A stretch of 64,000 bases of DNA from Thecamonas trahens ATCC 50062 (lineage: Eukaryota > Protista > Apusomonadida): positions 248,001 to 312,000 of the forward strand of contig NW_013657675.1 in assembly GCF_000142905.1 (NCBI RefSeq), read 5' to 3'. The position numbers were made by a program, and so were the translations under genes. A model generated the notes under the pieces. It worked only from the letters and a program-made list of their open reading frames with translations, made no database searches and was not told where the DNA came from. This document shows positions 46,002 through 59,919 of the stretch, piece by piece (the first letter of the stretch is position 1; each line of letters starts with the position of its first letter).

Positions 46002-46842
46002 ACACACTCTCCTCTTCCCCTTTGTAGACCTCACCGAGAGTGCAGTGGTCCCTACCCTGCCAGAGAACCCTCTGGCAACCCCCCCCCCCCTCCTCTCCCC
46101 AAAGCCCTCTCCCACCTTCCTTCTTATCACTTTTGCCATTTGTTCGCTGATTCGCTGCTTCCCGGTACAATCACCCCATAATTGTGGTACTTTGATACAG
46201 CCGAGAGATGCTTGATGCAACCAATCGCGTCACACCGGCTACAAGCCTGCCACACAGTGCCAACACGACCAGCTCCTACCTTGTGGTTCAAACCATCTCA
46301 AGTATCGCTCATGCTCAACTAGATTGGGGTATCGCAAGCCCATGGCCAGTGCAGAGTCAGTCTCGCTCCGGTCGCTGAGCCTGCCACCCGCCCACACCTG
46401 TGTGACGTTTGCTCAAACTCCTTCTGCCGCAAAGAACCGGAGCTACGAGACGAGCGGCTCGATCGGCCCCTGCCTTGGGACATTGCTGACAAAGGCCTGC
46501 AGAGAACATGATATGGCAACACACGTCGCGGTAACACAGGAGGGAGTTGCGCACTTGGGCTTGCCCCCTACCTCCCCCTCCCCTCCCCTCTTCCCCTCTA
46601 CTCTTGCTCGTTGGCCTTCTCGGTGTTGGTCAAGGCCTTGCTTCCGGACTGCCACTTCTTGCTGCTCACCCGCAACGGGCATGCCGTGGCCGACGTCCAA
46701 GGTCTCGCCGCAGGCCCGCGCCGAACCCTCAGCAGATTCAACGCATACAGACCAGGAGAATGTGTATACGTCGTCGCAGCTGATCACGGCGTCGTCTTCG
46801 TCGTCCTCGTCGTCGCCGCCGCCGGTCTCCAACTCGCAGCCC

Positions 46843-49800
46843 ATGGCCCCGACCGGGGCGCCACAACTCCCCGCGCCCGCACCTGGACACAACGGCCAGC
46901 CGCCGCCGCAACATGCCCCCCAGTCAGCAGACCAGCCACGGTCTCGCCCGACATCAGTCTCACCGAGCTCTGCTAATGCACCATATATGCCAAACACGAT
47001 CGTGCGCGGCTCGCCGTCGCGCCGCTCTGGGTCGTCAGCAACATCGATCGCCACCGATACCTCGGTCATTGCCCGCTTGCCGACCCACGCCATAGGTACG
47101 ACCATCGTCAACGGGCTTTCGTCACGCCGGCGGTCGTCGATTCGGTCGGCGCCGACCGAGTCGCTCGAAGACGTGCCCGAAGGCTGCGTCCTCTCCCACA
47201 CGCGCGGGGAGTCACAGTTGCACACCATTTTGGTGACTCAGGCCTCGATCACACCGCGGCCAGCAGGCCTCGGCGCCGTAGCGGAGGCCAAGGGATTTTC
47301 CACCCCGCAAAAGTCGCCGCCTGTCATCAGGCCCAAGCTTGGCAGCAACCTCTCGCACCAGTCGTCGGTGAGCTCGCTGTTTGACGGCTCCGAGTCCGGC
47401 TGGGTCAACCACGACCCAGCCATGATGGAGCTTCCGCTCTCATCGCGACTGCACGAGTCGTCGGGCTCGTCCGTGCTCGCCTCCAACCGCGGCCACGAAC
47501 ACCTCTCGCAGAGCGAAGGCGTAGTTTACTCGATGGGGGCTGGACCTGTCGGTGCGCCTGATGATGGACAGGCTGGGCAGGGGAGCTCGGCCGCGCGCGG
47601 AATCGTCAAGCTGTGCGGCCACGAGATGGAGATACCCTGGCTCCGCGAGTCGTATCTGCCTCGCACCTCGCTTCGCGACTTTCACTGGCAGCAGGAGCGA
47701 GTCCTAGTTCTTGCCACCACGATCATCATGCTCATGCTCATTTTGATCCGCCTCACCAACCTCACTACTGAAGGCGACGAGCCGCTGATGGCCGTCTCGT
47801 TTGGCGTCCTCTTTACATTCACCCTTGTCCCGCTCACGCTGGCGCTCCCATGTGTGGTAGACCAGTCGCGGTACGGCCTGCTCATGCGGATGTGGGCCGT
47901 CGCCGCCTGCTACTTTACGTGTCTCATCCAAACAGCGACGAGCAACCAAGCGTTTTGGATTCTCCTTCCGCTCCCCATCCCGCTCTTTGTCCTCTCGCCG
48001 CGCTACGCCGGCGTCGCCATCGTCGTCATTTACGTTGTCTCGCTCGGTGTCCTGGTTGGCGCTGACATCGAGCGCGACGGCGACTCGCTTGTCCGCTACG
48101 CTCTGGCGCTCACCGGCTGCACCATTATCTTTGGCATCCATACTTTTATGCTAATGTGGCGGAATCGCGAGGCCGTTATCTGGGAGAAGCTGTATGGTGT
48201 GGTGCTCAACGGAACGTTTGAAGGCATTGTCCTCCTCGACGATCGGCTCCTCATCCGCCGCTACAACCTCATCATGCTTCAGATGTTTGGCTCGTCGACA
48301 CTGCTCGACGGCCAGCCGCTGGAGAACATCATTGCGCCTCACGACCGCGCGCGCCTCCTCGCCGCCCTCGAGGCGGCGGCCTCGTCGCGGATGCTCATCG
48401 AGGTCGAAGCCCAGGCCGGGCCCGGCGCGCCGTCGTTCCCTGTTGAGGTCTCCATCATGCGCATCTCCGGCTTTGTCATTTGCTCTCTCCGCAATATGAT
48501 CCACCGCAAGGAGATCGAGAACATGCTGCTCGAGGCCAAAGAGTCAGAGCTCATTGCCAAAGAGTCGCTCATCCAGGAGGCGCGCCGGCAAGCCCAGATG
48601 AAGTCTTCGTTTGTCTCCACCGTCACCCACGAGCTCCGCACTCCGCTCAACGCCGTCATCGGCATGTCGCAGATTCTGTCGTCGATGCGGCTCAACGCCG
48701 AGCAGGCCAACTGCGCAGAAGTCATCCGGACCGCCTCGGAGTCGCTTCTCGACCTTGTCAACGACATCCTCGACAACGAGAAGATCGACGCCGACGCCTT
48801 TGAGTTTGAGGAGCGCCACTGTGACCTCAACGGCATTGTCTGGTCCTCGCTTTCCATCGTTGCGCCCAAGGCCTTTGAAAAGTCGGTCGAAATCGGGTAT
48901 CGCGCGGCGCCCGACCTGCCGCCGGCTGTCACCGGCGACCCCTCGCGGTACAAGCAAGTGCTCCTCAATCTTCTCTCCAACGCCGTCAAGTTTACGCCGG
49001 GTGGCGGGCACGTCATTGTCACCGTCTCAGCCACGCGCCTTGCCGACTCGGACGACATTGTTGTTGAGACGCGAGTCATCGACTCTGGCATCGGCATTGC
49101 GCCCGAGGAAATGTCGCGCCTGTTTGTGCCGTTTGGCCAGGCCGCGGTCTCGACCCAGCGCGAGTACGGTGGAACCGGGCTGGGCCTTTCCATCTCGCGC
49201 AAGCTCGCCCAGCGCATGGGCGGCGACATTGCGGTCAAGTCCAAGAAGAACCGTGGGACCACGTTTTCGTTCACCGCCACCTTTGGTTCGGTCATTGCCC
49301 CGGGCTCGTCGCTCATGCGCGACGAGCTCCGCCTCGCTGTTCCGGGCAATGTTGTCGTTGTCTACCGCAACAAGCGCATCCGCTCCATCATCCGTCGCCA
49401 GATGGAAGACTGGAACATCGAAGTTCAGATGGCCGGCACACTCGACGACGTCAAGCCCAAGCCTGGCACCGTTGCCTGCCTCATCCTCGAGGCCGAGTAC
49501 ATCAAGAACTCGGCCATCGGCTCGATGCTCGCTGAAAACTTCCCCACCGTCGTCATCACCATCCCGGGTGCCGAGCACGAGCTTCTCACCTCGCTCTCGA
49601 AGACCGCCAAGGCTCTGACGGCGGTGAACAAGCCGCTCTCATGGGAGCAGCTCAAGCGGGCTATGATTGACTCGACCACCATCTTTGCTCACGCTACACG
49701 CCCGCAGGTGCCTGGCACCTCAGCCCCAGCGCCGGCCATGATCCGCTCGGCCGATGGACCCATCTCGCCGCGTGCCACCTCGTCTGTATCGGGCCGCAAT

Positions 49801-51971
49801 GTCGACCAGTCAGGCAACGAAGGTGACGGCGCCAAGTTTGACGGCGTCCGCTCCTCGTCCGCCGTCGGAAATGCTATCACCTCGCATCCGCCCAACGGCC
49901 TCGCCACCTCGTCATCAGGCACTATGTCCGGTCGCAACATCTCGTTTCTCGGCGGTGCTGCCGCGATGGCGGCCTCGGCCATGGCTTCGCTTGTTGAACA
50001 GCCGTATGAGAACTCCAACTCGTCAGGCCGCCTGGTACGGTCCACCGGCTCCGGAACGGCGGCCGGGAGCTCGGACTACGGCGGCGGTGGTGGGAGCGGA
50101 GTGACATCTGTGGGTGGTGGTGGGAGCGGTGACGGCCTAGCCTCGCCGCGCTCGACTGTATCACCGATTGGGCGCTCAATCGAACACTCGCGTGAGCACC
50201 CGTCACGTGGCTCGTCGCGCGGGCGCGGACGCCCAAGGCGAGCAATGCACCAAGTCGGCAGCTGCCCGTTGTAGATGCAGATGCCGTCAAGAAGGCCATG
50301 CGCATCGCGGTTGTCGACGACGAGCCGCTCTCGGCACGGGTATCGGGCCAGCTGGTGAAGGCGGTTGGCTACGTCAACGTTGATGTCTTTACCAAGGGCG
50401 CCGACCTTGTGGAGAAGCATAGCGCGGACCCGTACCACATCATCTTCCTCGATCTGCACATGCCAGGTATGGACGGCTACGAGACGGCGACCCGAATTCT
50501 AGCAACCGACGTGCCCAAGGAGCGCACGCCGGCACTGCTGGCGCTGTCAGGCACGTCTGTGGCCGAGGAAATGACGCGGGCCATCAACGTTGGATTTCTG
50601 GAGGTGGTGGGCAAGCCGCTGCGGCTTGACACGCTTGCCCAGGTCCTCGACCGGGTTTCATCCTCGCTGCGGCTCACAGTGGTGCCGCTCTCGCGGCGGG
50701 CGTCGCTGGTCGCGGGCACGCCATCGAGCCCACCGCCGCCATCGTCGGCGTCTAAGCCGCCTGCCGCTCGGGCGTCGTCGGTCTCGTCACTTCGCTCATA
50801 CCAGTCAGGCGTCTCGGGCGAGGACGCCAACGATGCGCCGGTCCGATCCATCATGGCGCTGACAATGGATACCAAGGGCGACACGTTTGTGGACGAAGCG
50901 CGCTCGCTCTTCTCGGCACCTGACTCGGTCCCAGCCGGGCCGCCACCGGTCATCCTTGTTGTCGACGGAAACACCGTCCATGCCACGTCGATCTGCACCA
51001 TGCTTCGTCGTTTCCGCCTCGATGCGCAGTCGATCTCGTCGGGCGAGGCCGTCATCGAAAAGTGGCGCTCATACCGCAAGGGCACGGTCAAAATCATCCT
51101 CATGTCGCTCATCCTTCCCGACACTGACGGCTCGGCCGTCACCTCGCAGATCCGCGAGATCGAGTACGCGCTCAACCTCCCGCCCGTCCCCATCATCATC
51201 ATGGGCACTAAGACGCAGTCGCCGCTCTTCCGCAGGTGCGAGGCCGCCGGTGCCACTGAGTGTGTGACCAAGCCCATCCATCGCGCCCACCTCGTGCAAA
51301 AGCTCCGCCAGTACATTGTGCTCGTCCGCGAGCGCTCAATGTCATCAGATCTGCTCGGCCCGGGCGAGCGGCACAATCACTCGTTCACCTCGCAGTCGAA
51401 CACGTCGGGGTGGATCTCCATCCCAGCCTCGCATGCCTCGTCGTTTGTCCACAACGCCGCACCAGTGTCCGACGATGTCCAGGCCGAGATCCTCAACAAG
51501 CTCCATCCGCCGGAAGAGATTCTCTCGTCGCACTCAAACTCATCTTCATCAGAAGTCACCCCGCTCGGCTCCAGTGTCACCGTCGGCTCGACGCACTCGC
51601 GCTCGTGCACTGGCGCGTCGTCGGTCTCGTTCGACTGCAACTGCACCAACCCAGACCTCGCCAACTTTGTTAATGCCTCGCGCCGTGCATCGGTCGTCAA
51701 GCCACCCGCCCGCTCGCCTTCGGGCAACTCGCTCGCGCCTCCTGCTCAGGGCAAGCCCAAGGCCAAGTCCCCAGCGAAGTCCCCAGCCAAGCCCAAGCGC
51801 AACGGCAAGTCACAAGCGGCGTCGAGCACGTCGATCGAGTCGTCGAAGACCAAGTCGACGAGCAAGTCGAAGACCAAGTCGAAGACCAAGTCAACGAGTA
51901 AGTCGACGAGAAAGTCGAAGAGCAAGGTGAGTAAGTCGCAGAGTAAGTCGATCGATGCGTCAAAGGAGTAG
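46843..51971 (+). CDS. Membrane hybrid sensor histidine kinase (TM-PAS-HisKA-HATPase-degenerate REC-REC-pseudoREC); frameshift ~50221
   Basis: FVSTVTHELRTPLN, QVLLNLLSNAVKFT, DSGIGI, GGTGLGLSI. The frame upstream of ORF 50298 is open back to ~50225 (TPKASNAPSRQLPVVDADAVKKAMRIAVVDD). IIFLDLHMPGMDG. The start codon is uncertain. Confidence 0.88.
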
Positions 51972-52080
51972 CGTAGTCAAGCTCGCCCGGGCCCGGGCTG
52001 CCGCCTCGTTCAACCAAACACCACCAAACAGCCACAACTGCCGACAGCTCGCCAGTGGGCCACACGTGACTGCCGCAGCC

Positions 52081-55000
52081 ATGGGCCGCAAGAAAAAGTC
52101 GAGCTCTGAGGGTCCCGCCAAGGCGACCTCTGTCATGCGGACGGGTGGCGAGATTGATGGTAGGTGGTGGGTAGCGGTGCTGAACAGCGGGAGTGGAGCC
52201 AAGAGAATGGGTGGTTGCGAAGGGGGGGTGGTGAAGGGGGAGGGTGTGTCGCTTTGGTCGCTCGGCTGCTGCGGCATGTGCGTTGGGCCATTTTTTCAGT
52301 CTGTGGCGAGGCAGGCGAGGCAGCGAGGGAAAGGCGGCAAGGAGGGAGGGCGGAGGGGGGTAAAGGAAAGGACAGGAAGACTCATGTGTGTGTGGTGTGG
52401 TGTGGATGGGGGGACACGGGGATGTGTGGTGTAGAGCTGACGCTTGCGCTCTTCCATGCGGTGCATGACAAGGACAACGGGGTTCACGAGGCCGTCTCGC
52501 AGGCCATTCGTGACGTGGGCCTCCAGCAGCCGGAGATGGTTCTCTCGACGGGCGCGGCGTTTCTCAACAACAACCGCAAGGTGCCGCGGACGCACCGCGT
52601 GCTTGTGCTGACTGACATGCACGCTGTGCTTGTGGACGCTCTGGACGACATTCCCAAGTCGCTTGGGCGGAATCTGGTGGCGCTCGGAATGACGGAGATG
52701 ACGGGGACCAAGGACGTGAAGGCCGACTGGCAGGGCGCAGCGTCGACGCTGCTGGTGGAGCTCGGCAAGCGGTTTGGGGCCGAGGTCCTGGACTCGCTGC
52801 TTGGACACTTTGAGCCGAACACCATGCCGCACTACTTTACCCTCAAGACCATGGGCGACTTTGCGCGATCAAACCCGATGTACCTGGTCCCAAACCTCAA
52901 GTCTATTCTGGGGCGGATGCTTCCGCTGCTTGGTGGCATCAAGCACAACAACCAAAAGTGGGTGTTTGCGGCGTCGATGGGTCGGTTCTGCGAGGCCATT
53001 CGGTTCTACCTCGAGGAGGCGGACGATCCCGAGGTGTCGATGGAGACCTTTGAGGGCGAAGTGTTCTCGGCTATGGAACTGATGTTCAACACATGGCTGG
53101 AGAACAAGGAGATCCGACTGGCGACACTCGAGGCGATCGGCAACATGTCTGCGCTCATTGCGCGCGACGAGTTTGAGTCGTGGCTCCCCAAGCTGGTCAA
53201 CACCTTTATCCTCTCGTACAAAAAGACCAAGACACCGCTGCCGATCACGCAGGGTCTGGTGACCATTCTGGAGACGTCGATCCGTGAGGGCTCGCGGGCT
53301 CTCGACTGCTGCCTCAAGGAGACGATGGCCGGTCTGCACCCGTACGTGTGCATGCCTGTGGACGAGTCGAACCCGGACTCGGTGATGAACCACGAGGAGC
53401 TGCTCCGGTGCTACGAGGTGATTGGGCGGGTGTTCTCCGAGTACCTTGTCGACTTTCTGGTCCGGCGGTGCGACGAGAAGACGCCGGCGTCGCGAATCGG
53501 AACGCTTGCGGTCCTTCGGCACATTGTGCTTGTGCTTGACGAAGAGCTCGAGTCACAGAAGGAGCTCATTGTGTCGGGCATCAAGCCGCTGCTTGCCGAT
53601 GACGACTTTGAGGTCCGGCGGGCGTTCTCCAAGACCATTGTGGCTATGGCGCAGTACGACTACCTCTCGCTCGAGGGCGGCGAGTACCTTGTCGAGTACG
53701 TGGTGGCCAACGCGGCTATTCCGCACTCTGTGGTGGCCAATGCCAAGGCTGTTGCGATGAAACGGGCTAAGAAGGGCGCGGCGGTGCCCAAGGGCACGTC
53801 GCCGGGCGCACTGCGCAAGGCCTCGGACGTCATCCTCCATACCATGACGCGCGACATGCCCAACATGACCGACGTGCTCTGGCCGTTCCTCCTCGAGTGC
53901 ATCGAGCCGGCCAAGTTTACCATCGCGGCGGCGTCGGTGTGCAAGTCGCTCTCGTACCTGGCGGATCTCAAGCGCGACGCCGAAGACGACGACTACTACA
54001 TCGACTTTGACCGGCAGGTTAACTTGCCCAAGCCGCAGGCCATCATTGCGCGGCTCCTGACGCTGCTCTCGACGCCGAACGAGCGCGGCTCGCTGGGCCT
54101 CGCCATTCTGCAGCTCCTCCTCGCGCTCTCGGAGATCCTGCACCCGTCGATTGCCGACATGTGGTTTGACCTTGTTCCCAAGCTTGTCAAGTGGCTCAAG
54201 GCCCACCGCGGTGACGACTACAAGCAGGCGGCCTGGGAGGAGCTCATTCTCCGCTTCCTCTCGCTCACCATCGACGAGGTCAACGACGACGACTGGACCA
54301 TCACGCTCGGCCACAACCTCTCGAACCAGTTTGAGCTGTACCAGGGAGAGTACACCGGGTACAAGCGGATGGTGCACAAGCTGCTTGGCACGGTGCTCAA
54401 AAAGACGCGCCACAAGAAGTTTGTGCGCGAGCAACTTGCCGACATGTTTGCCACTCTCGACTGGGCCGACGCCGACGAGCGGACCGGCTTTGCACAGGGC
54501 TACGGCATGGCGGCGTCAACGCACCTCGACTCGGTGCTGGAGAAGTTGCAGCACCTGATGAAGAACGACATGGTCCGCAAGTCCAAGGGCTTCCTCGGCC
54601 TCAAGAAAGACAAGTCGCAGAGCGATGTGGAGAACATCCGGTGCTCGGTGGTGCTCTCGTTTGGCTACGCTGCCACGTACGCCGACAAGAAGCTCATCCA
54701 GTCGCGGATCGAGGTTCACATCATCAACCACCTCCTCCCGCAGTTTGTCTCGGCCAAGCTCCCGTCGGTCCAGGAGGCGCTTGTCCGCGCCTCAGACCTC
54801 ATCGGCAAGGCCATGCATCCGGACAAGCTCGGCGACGCCAAGTTTGTGCTCAAGCAGCGCGACGATCTCCTCACTGCCGTTGTGGGCTTCATCTCGTCGA
54901 ACACGACCAACTCGGTCAAGAAAATGGGCTTTGGCTGCTGCGAGACGCTTGTCCGCCTCCTTCCAATCCTCGACCCAGAGCTTCTGACCATGCTGGTCTC

Positions 55001-57413
55001 TTCGGCGGCGCCGCAGGCGTACGACCTGGTCCTCGAGTCGAGTGGGCGGAAGAAGCGGCGGAAACGCAAGGTGAAGGCGTCAGACGCCGCCGACGGCTCG
55101 GACGAGGCCGGCCCGTCGGCGTCGCGCAAGAAGGGCGACGAGGCGGAGAGCGCCGACATCGGCGACGACGATGAGGAGGTCGACGAGGTCGACGAGGAGG
55201 CTGCCGCTGAGGCGGAGGCGCTGGCGACGCTCAACGATGCGCTGGCAAACCACAACAACATGGTCTCTGCGCTGCTGTACATGGACACGCGGCTGGAGAC
55301 GCTGCTCACCCTCTTCCGCAACCTCGAGTCGTTTGTGGCGTCGTCGTCGCCGGACCGGCGGGCGCGGAGCGTGGTCACCTTCCAGCACCTGCTCACCAAG
55401 TACGTCTCGTACAAGCGGGCCGAGGACGAGCCGAGCCGCGACCGCGAGTCGTTTGAGGAGATGGGCCACTGGATCGGAGTCATGATTCCGCGGTGCACGG
55501 ATCCGGACGAGGAGGTCCGCGTCACGGCCTTGTCCAACATCGAGCTCCTGCTGTACATCGACTACGTGCTTGTCAACGACAACTACGGCGTGGCGCCGTC
55601 GGACTTTATCAAGCACATCTCGACGCTCAAGGAGCGGATCCGCGAGGACGAGCTCAACGCGCAGTTTGCCGTCGTCAACGAGCTCACGCGGGTTCTTGTC
55701 AAGACGGTGCCCGAGACGGAGCTGCCGGACCTGCTCATGGCGCTCATGGACGGACTAGTTGATCCGGAGGAGTCATCGGCCAACGGGACGTGCGTGGTGC
55801 TCAACGGGCTGATGCGGTCACGCGGACGTGAGCTGGAGGAGCACATCGGGCAGCTCATCCACGCCATGCTCTTTGCCATGGAGAACATTACGACGGAGCA
55901 GACGATGAACGGAACGCTGCATGCGCTGCGGACGCTCGGCACCCACCACCTGACGGGCGTGGTGGACGAGCTCCTCACGACGCCGCTCCCGCAGACCACG
56001 CATGTCATCAAGTCGCTGCAGGTGCTGGGCAAGGACGTCAAGCTCGCCATGCCGATGATCGACCACCTCAAGGACATCATGAACAACGACATGCCGTATG
56101 AGGTCTCGCAAGTCTCGCAGAAGAAGTTTGTCAAGAAGGTCAAGTCCAAGCCTATGGCCGCCACCGCCGCCATTGCCAACATCTTTGACGCCGAGGAGCT
56201 CGAAGACACAGCGAGCTCGGACCTTGCGGCGCTGCTTTCGACGCTCATTCTCCGCGTCGGCACCGTGGCCAACGTCGTCGAGGACGAGGCGCGGACTTAT
56301 GTGGTCGAGGCGCTGCGGCGGCTGCTCAACTGCGCCCAGCTCGATGAGCTCATGGCCGACCTCGAGGAAGCTGGCGTGCTGGAGCAGCTGAGCACGAGCG
56401 CGTACCCGGACGCGCTCACCGACCTCGCTCGCCTGGTGTGCGAGCACCTGCCAGACCACCTCCGCGAGATCTACGTCTTCCTCTCGCCCTTCCTCTCGCG
56501 TAACTACGAGGAGCAGCGTGTGGCCGTCGCCGCCGTCTTTGCCGAGTTTATCAACAACTGCGACGAGGATGTCGAGCTCCTCAAGAAGCTCCTCAACGCC
56601 CTGCTTGTTCGCCTCGTCGACGACGACCCGACGGTCAAGCTTCTCTCGCTCCGCGGACTCGGCAACCTCGCGTCCGCCGGTGAGGACGAGGTCAACAAGT
56701 ACTCGACAACCGTCCTGTCGGCGCTGATGGGCGGCATCGACGACGCCACCGAAGTCATCGCTCTCGAGGCCATGTCCGGCCTCTCTAAGATCCTCGAGCT
56801 GGTCGACGAGGCCAACGTGGCGCCGGTCCTCATCACTCTCTGCCTCCGCATGAAGCCCTCGTTCCGCGACGCCAACCCGGCCATCCGTGCCGCCGCCATC
56901 ACTCTCTTTGGCACGCTGTGGCGGTTCGGCAACCACGGCGAGTCCGAGGCCGACTTTTTCGAACAGATCCAGGCCAACCTCATGGCCTTTGTCCTTCATG
57001 CCGATGACGACGACGAGGACGTCGCGGCCGCCAGCCGCCACGCCCTCTTCCTCCTTGCCGAGCTCCTCCGCCACGACGACATCGCCGAGCTCTTCCAGGC
57101 TCTCGAGGAGGACGAGCCCGACTACGAGGACTGGCTCGACTCGGTCTCACAGACCCTCATCGCCCACTTCCCCGAGCGCCTCAACTACTACGTCATGGAG
57201 TGCGTCGCCTTTTTCGCCCACAAATCGTGGCACCACACCAAGGCCAACGCCGCCATCCTCACTGGCTTTTTCATCGGCAACATGGACGACGACCATCGCC
57301 GGACCGTCAACCTCTCCCACGTCTGCGGCGCGCTCAAGAACCTTCTCCGCGAGCCGTCGGCCCGCGTTCGGGTCAAGGCTGCCGAGGCCATTGCGCTGCT
57401 CTATGATGTGTAA
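52081..57413 (+). CDS. MROH1: Maestro HEAT-like repeat protein 1 (HEATR7A); exons 52081-52159 and 52435-57413
   Basis: Phase-1 intron G|GTAGGT...GTAG|AG. WQGAASTLLVELG, PHYFTLKTMGDFA, LWPFLLE, LPKPQAIIARLL, STHLDSVLEKL, LRGLGNL, PSARVRVKAAEA. Confidence 0.88.
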
Positions 57414-57641
57414 ACCCATACCCGCGATCCTCTTGTCCCAGAGTGGGCGACAGTCTTTGCGTCATTGCGTGACTAAAACCGCTGCTGTGGCCATCGTCAG
57501 CCACGCCAGCAGCAAGGGCGGGCATGACACACCTGCGCCATGCAAACCATGTCAGTCGATCACCCGTTCGAATTCGTTTGCCACCACTGGCCCAAACAAG
57601 CCCAACACAGCGACCACTCGGCTCGTTAGCAGCTGCCAGTC

Positions 57642-59837
57642 ATGGTACTCATTCGAGAATTGTACGCAATGACACATGCCCCTCCTCACCCTCTCACCCC
57701 CATATACGTATACACATGCTCCCCTCCCATCCCCCCACCCCCCCACCCTCTTCCCTTCTTCAATTCCGCATCTCAGGCTAGTCCTGTCCCAGCTGCAGTG
57801 GAGAGAAAGAAGCACCCGGCCGGTGGAACGGACGCCAACCCTCGCCCTCCCTCCCGCCCGCCGCTCCCTCCCCTCCCCTCCCCCACCGCCGCCCCCCCTT
57901 CCCCTCCCTCTGCTACCCCCCCCCCTCCCCTCCCCCATCCCTATATATTCTTGGTTATCCCCTCCTTCTCCTCCTCACACCGCCTCCCCCCGCCCCCCAC
58001 CTCCCCTGCCCTCGCCCCCCCCCCCACCCCGCCCTCTGTCGCACATGGTTTTTCGACGGCGGCTGCCACTGCCCCCCTCCTCCTCCCTTCCCCCCCCCTC
58101 TCCCACCCCACACACACTCTCTCTCACACACACACTTGCTCACTCACCTCCTCGCTTTACCCATAATGATGCAGCCGTATCCCCATGCCGGTCACGGTCG
58201 ATGAGTTCCAGATCGGACAGCTGTACGCAACGGCCAAGGCGTCGCGGCAGGCGACGGCCGAGGGCAAGAACACCGATGGCTCTGGAGTGGACGTGCTCGT
58301 CAATCGGCCATATGAGGATGACGAGATGGGCAAGGGACAGTACACGGAAAAGACGTATGAGCTTGGTGGCAACGTCCCGTCGTTCCTCCGCAAGATCATG
58401 CCCAAGACGGCACTGCTGCTGGAGGAGAAGGCGTGGAACGGGTTCCCACACTGTAAGACCATTCTCTCGTCGCCGTACTTTCAAGAAAAGGTCAAGTTTA
58501 TTATCGAGACGCAGCACCTGCCCGGTGGGCCCGACGCAGACAACGCGCTCGATCTCCCGCCCGAGCTGCTCGAGAAGCGCGAGGTGGTGTACATCGACAT
58601 TGCCGCCGACGACGAGTTTGTAGACAAGAAGCACTACAAGGAAGAGGAGGATCCCAAGCTGTTCCTCTCGGAAATGACCGGGCGCGGACAGCTGACGGCC
58701 CCGGATTGGACCAAGACCACCGAGCCGCTGATGACATGCTACAAGCTCGTCACCATCGAGTTCAACTACTGGGGGCTGCAGGGCAAGGTCGAGCGGTGGG
58801 CGCAGGGCTTTGAGCGCAAGCTCTTTACCCGCTTCCACCGGCAGGTCTTCTGCTGGATTGACGAGTGGTTTGGCTGGGACATGGTTGACATCCGCGCGTA
58901 CGAGGACCAGACAGCGCGCCTGCTGCGAGAGGAGGACATTTCCAACGACCCGCCGATTCCACGGCCCAAGCCCGAAAAGATCGAGGCTGCTGAGGCTGAC
59001 GCCGCCGCGGCTGGCCGTGGCGACGCCGGTACGCCCGAGAAGAGTCCGCGCCGCTCGCGCCGCTCGCGCCGCGGCGACAAAGGCAAGGAGTCGGTTGATG
59101 AGCTTTCATCCGACGAGTCCAAGGCCACCGCCATCCGTATCCACGCCGCCGACGGCGATGACGCCGGTTCGCGCGCCTCGGGCCGCTCGCGCCGCAAGCA
59201 TCGCCGCCGCTCGCGCCATGGCGGTGGGGACAACGAGACAGGCTCGCGCGCTTCGCTCGCGGTCACCCGCGTCCGCTCGCATGGCACCACGCTCTCGGAC
59301 GCCGGATCGGACACGTCGGCATCGGCGCTTTCGCGCCGCTCCGAGGTCTCGTCGCGGGCCTCATCACGCGCCTCGTCGTGTACCCCGCGCTCGGGCCACC
59401 GCTCGCGCCGCAAGCACCGAGCACATCACGCCCGCTCCCACGCCGACGACAATGCTGCCGATGGCACTGCCAAGGCCAAGTCCAAGGCCAAGTCCAAGTC
59501 GAGCCGCTCGCGCCGTCGCGAGCCCGAGCTCGACGAGGTCGCCGTGCCGACCGATGATCCGCAGGATGAGTTCTTCACCGCCCAGGAGGGCCCCGGTGCC
59601 CTCTCGGCTGGGGCTCGCGAGGCAGGCTACGGCCGTGCCCATGGTGTTGCCATCCCGGCGCCGGCGTCGGCGACCACCACCCATGAAGCCAAGCCCAAGT
59701 CCAAGTCCAAGTCCAAGTCCAAGCGCTCAAAGCGGGCAGCAACAAGCGAGGCCAAGAAGTCTGCTGATGACAATGACAAGCCCGATGATGGCAAGGGGGC
59801 TGAGACCGGCGGTTCGTCATGGTTTTCGTCCGAGTAA
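57642..59837 (+). CDS. Phosphatidylinositol transfer protein (START-type PITP) with long basic tail; exons 57642-57661 and 58175-59837
   Basis: Phase-2 intron TT|GTACGC...TGCAG|C restores MVLIREFRIPMPVTVDEFQIGQLY. GQYTEK, EKAWNGFP, TGRGQL, MTCYKLV, FHRQVFCWIDEW. Confidence 0.92.
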
Positions 59838-59919
59838 CAACAGCTAGCAATCAAACAGCACCAGCACCGGGAGTGGGGGAGGGGGGGGGGGTAAGGAGGA
59901 ACAGTAGGTTGGGTTCGGT

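Noticed and set aside
30132-57413. Functional cluster of endolysosomal or ciliary genes (F-BAR-RhoGAP, TMEM175, MROH1, LRRC51, CAP-Gly)
   Set aside because: The genes are interspersed with unrelated ones on both strands; no evidence beyond chance without synteny data.
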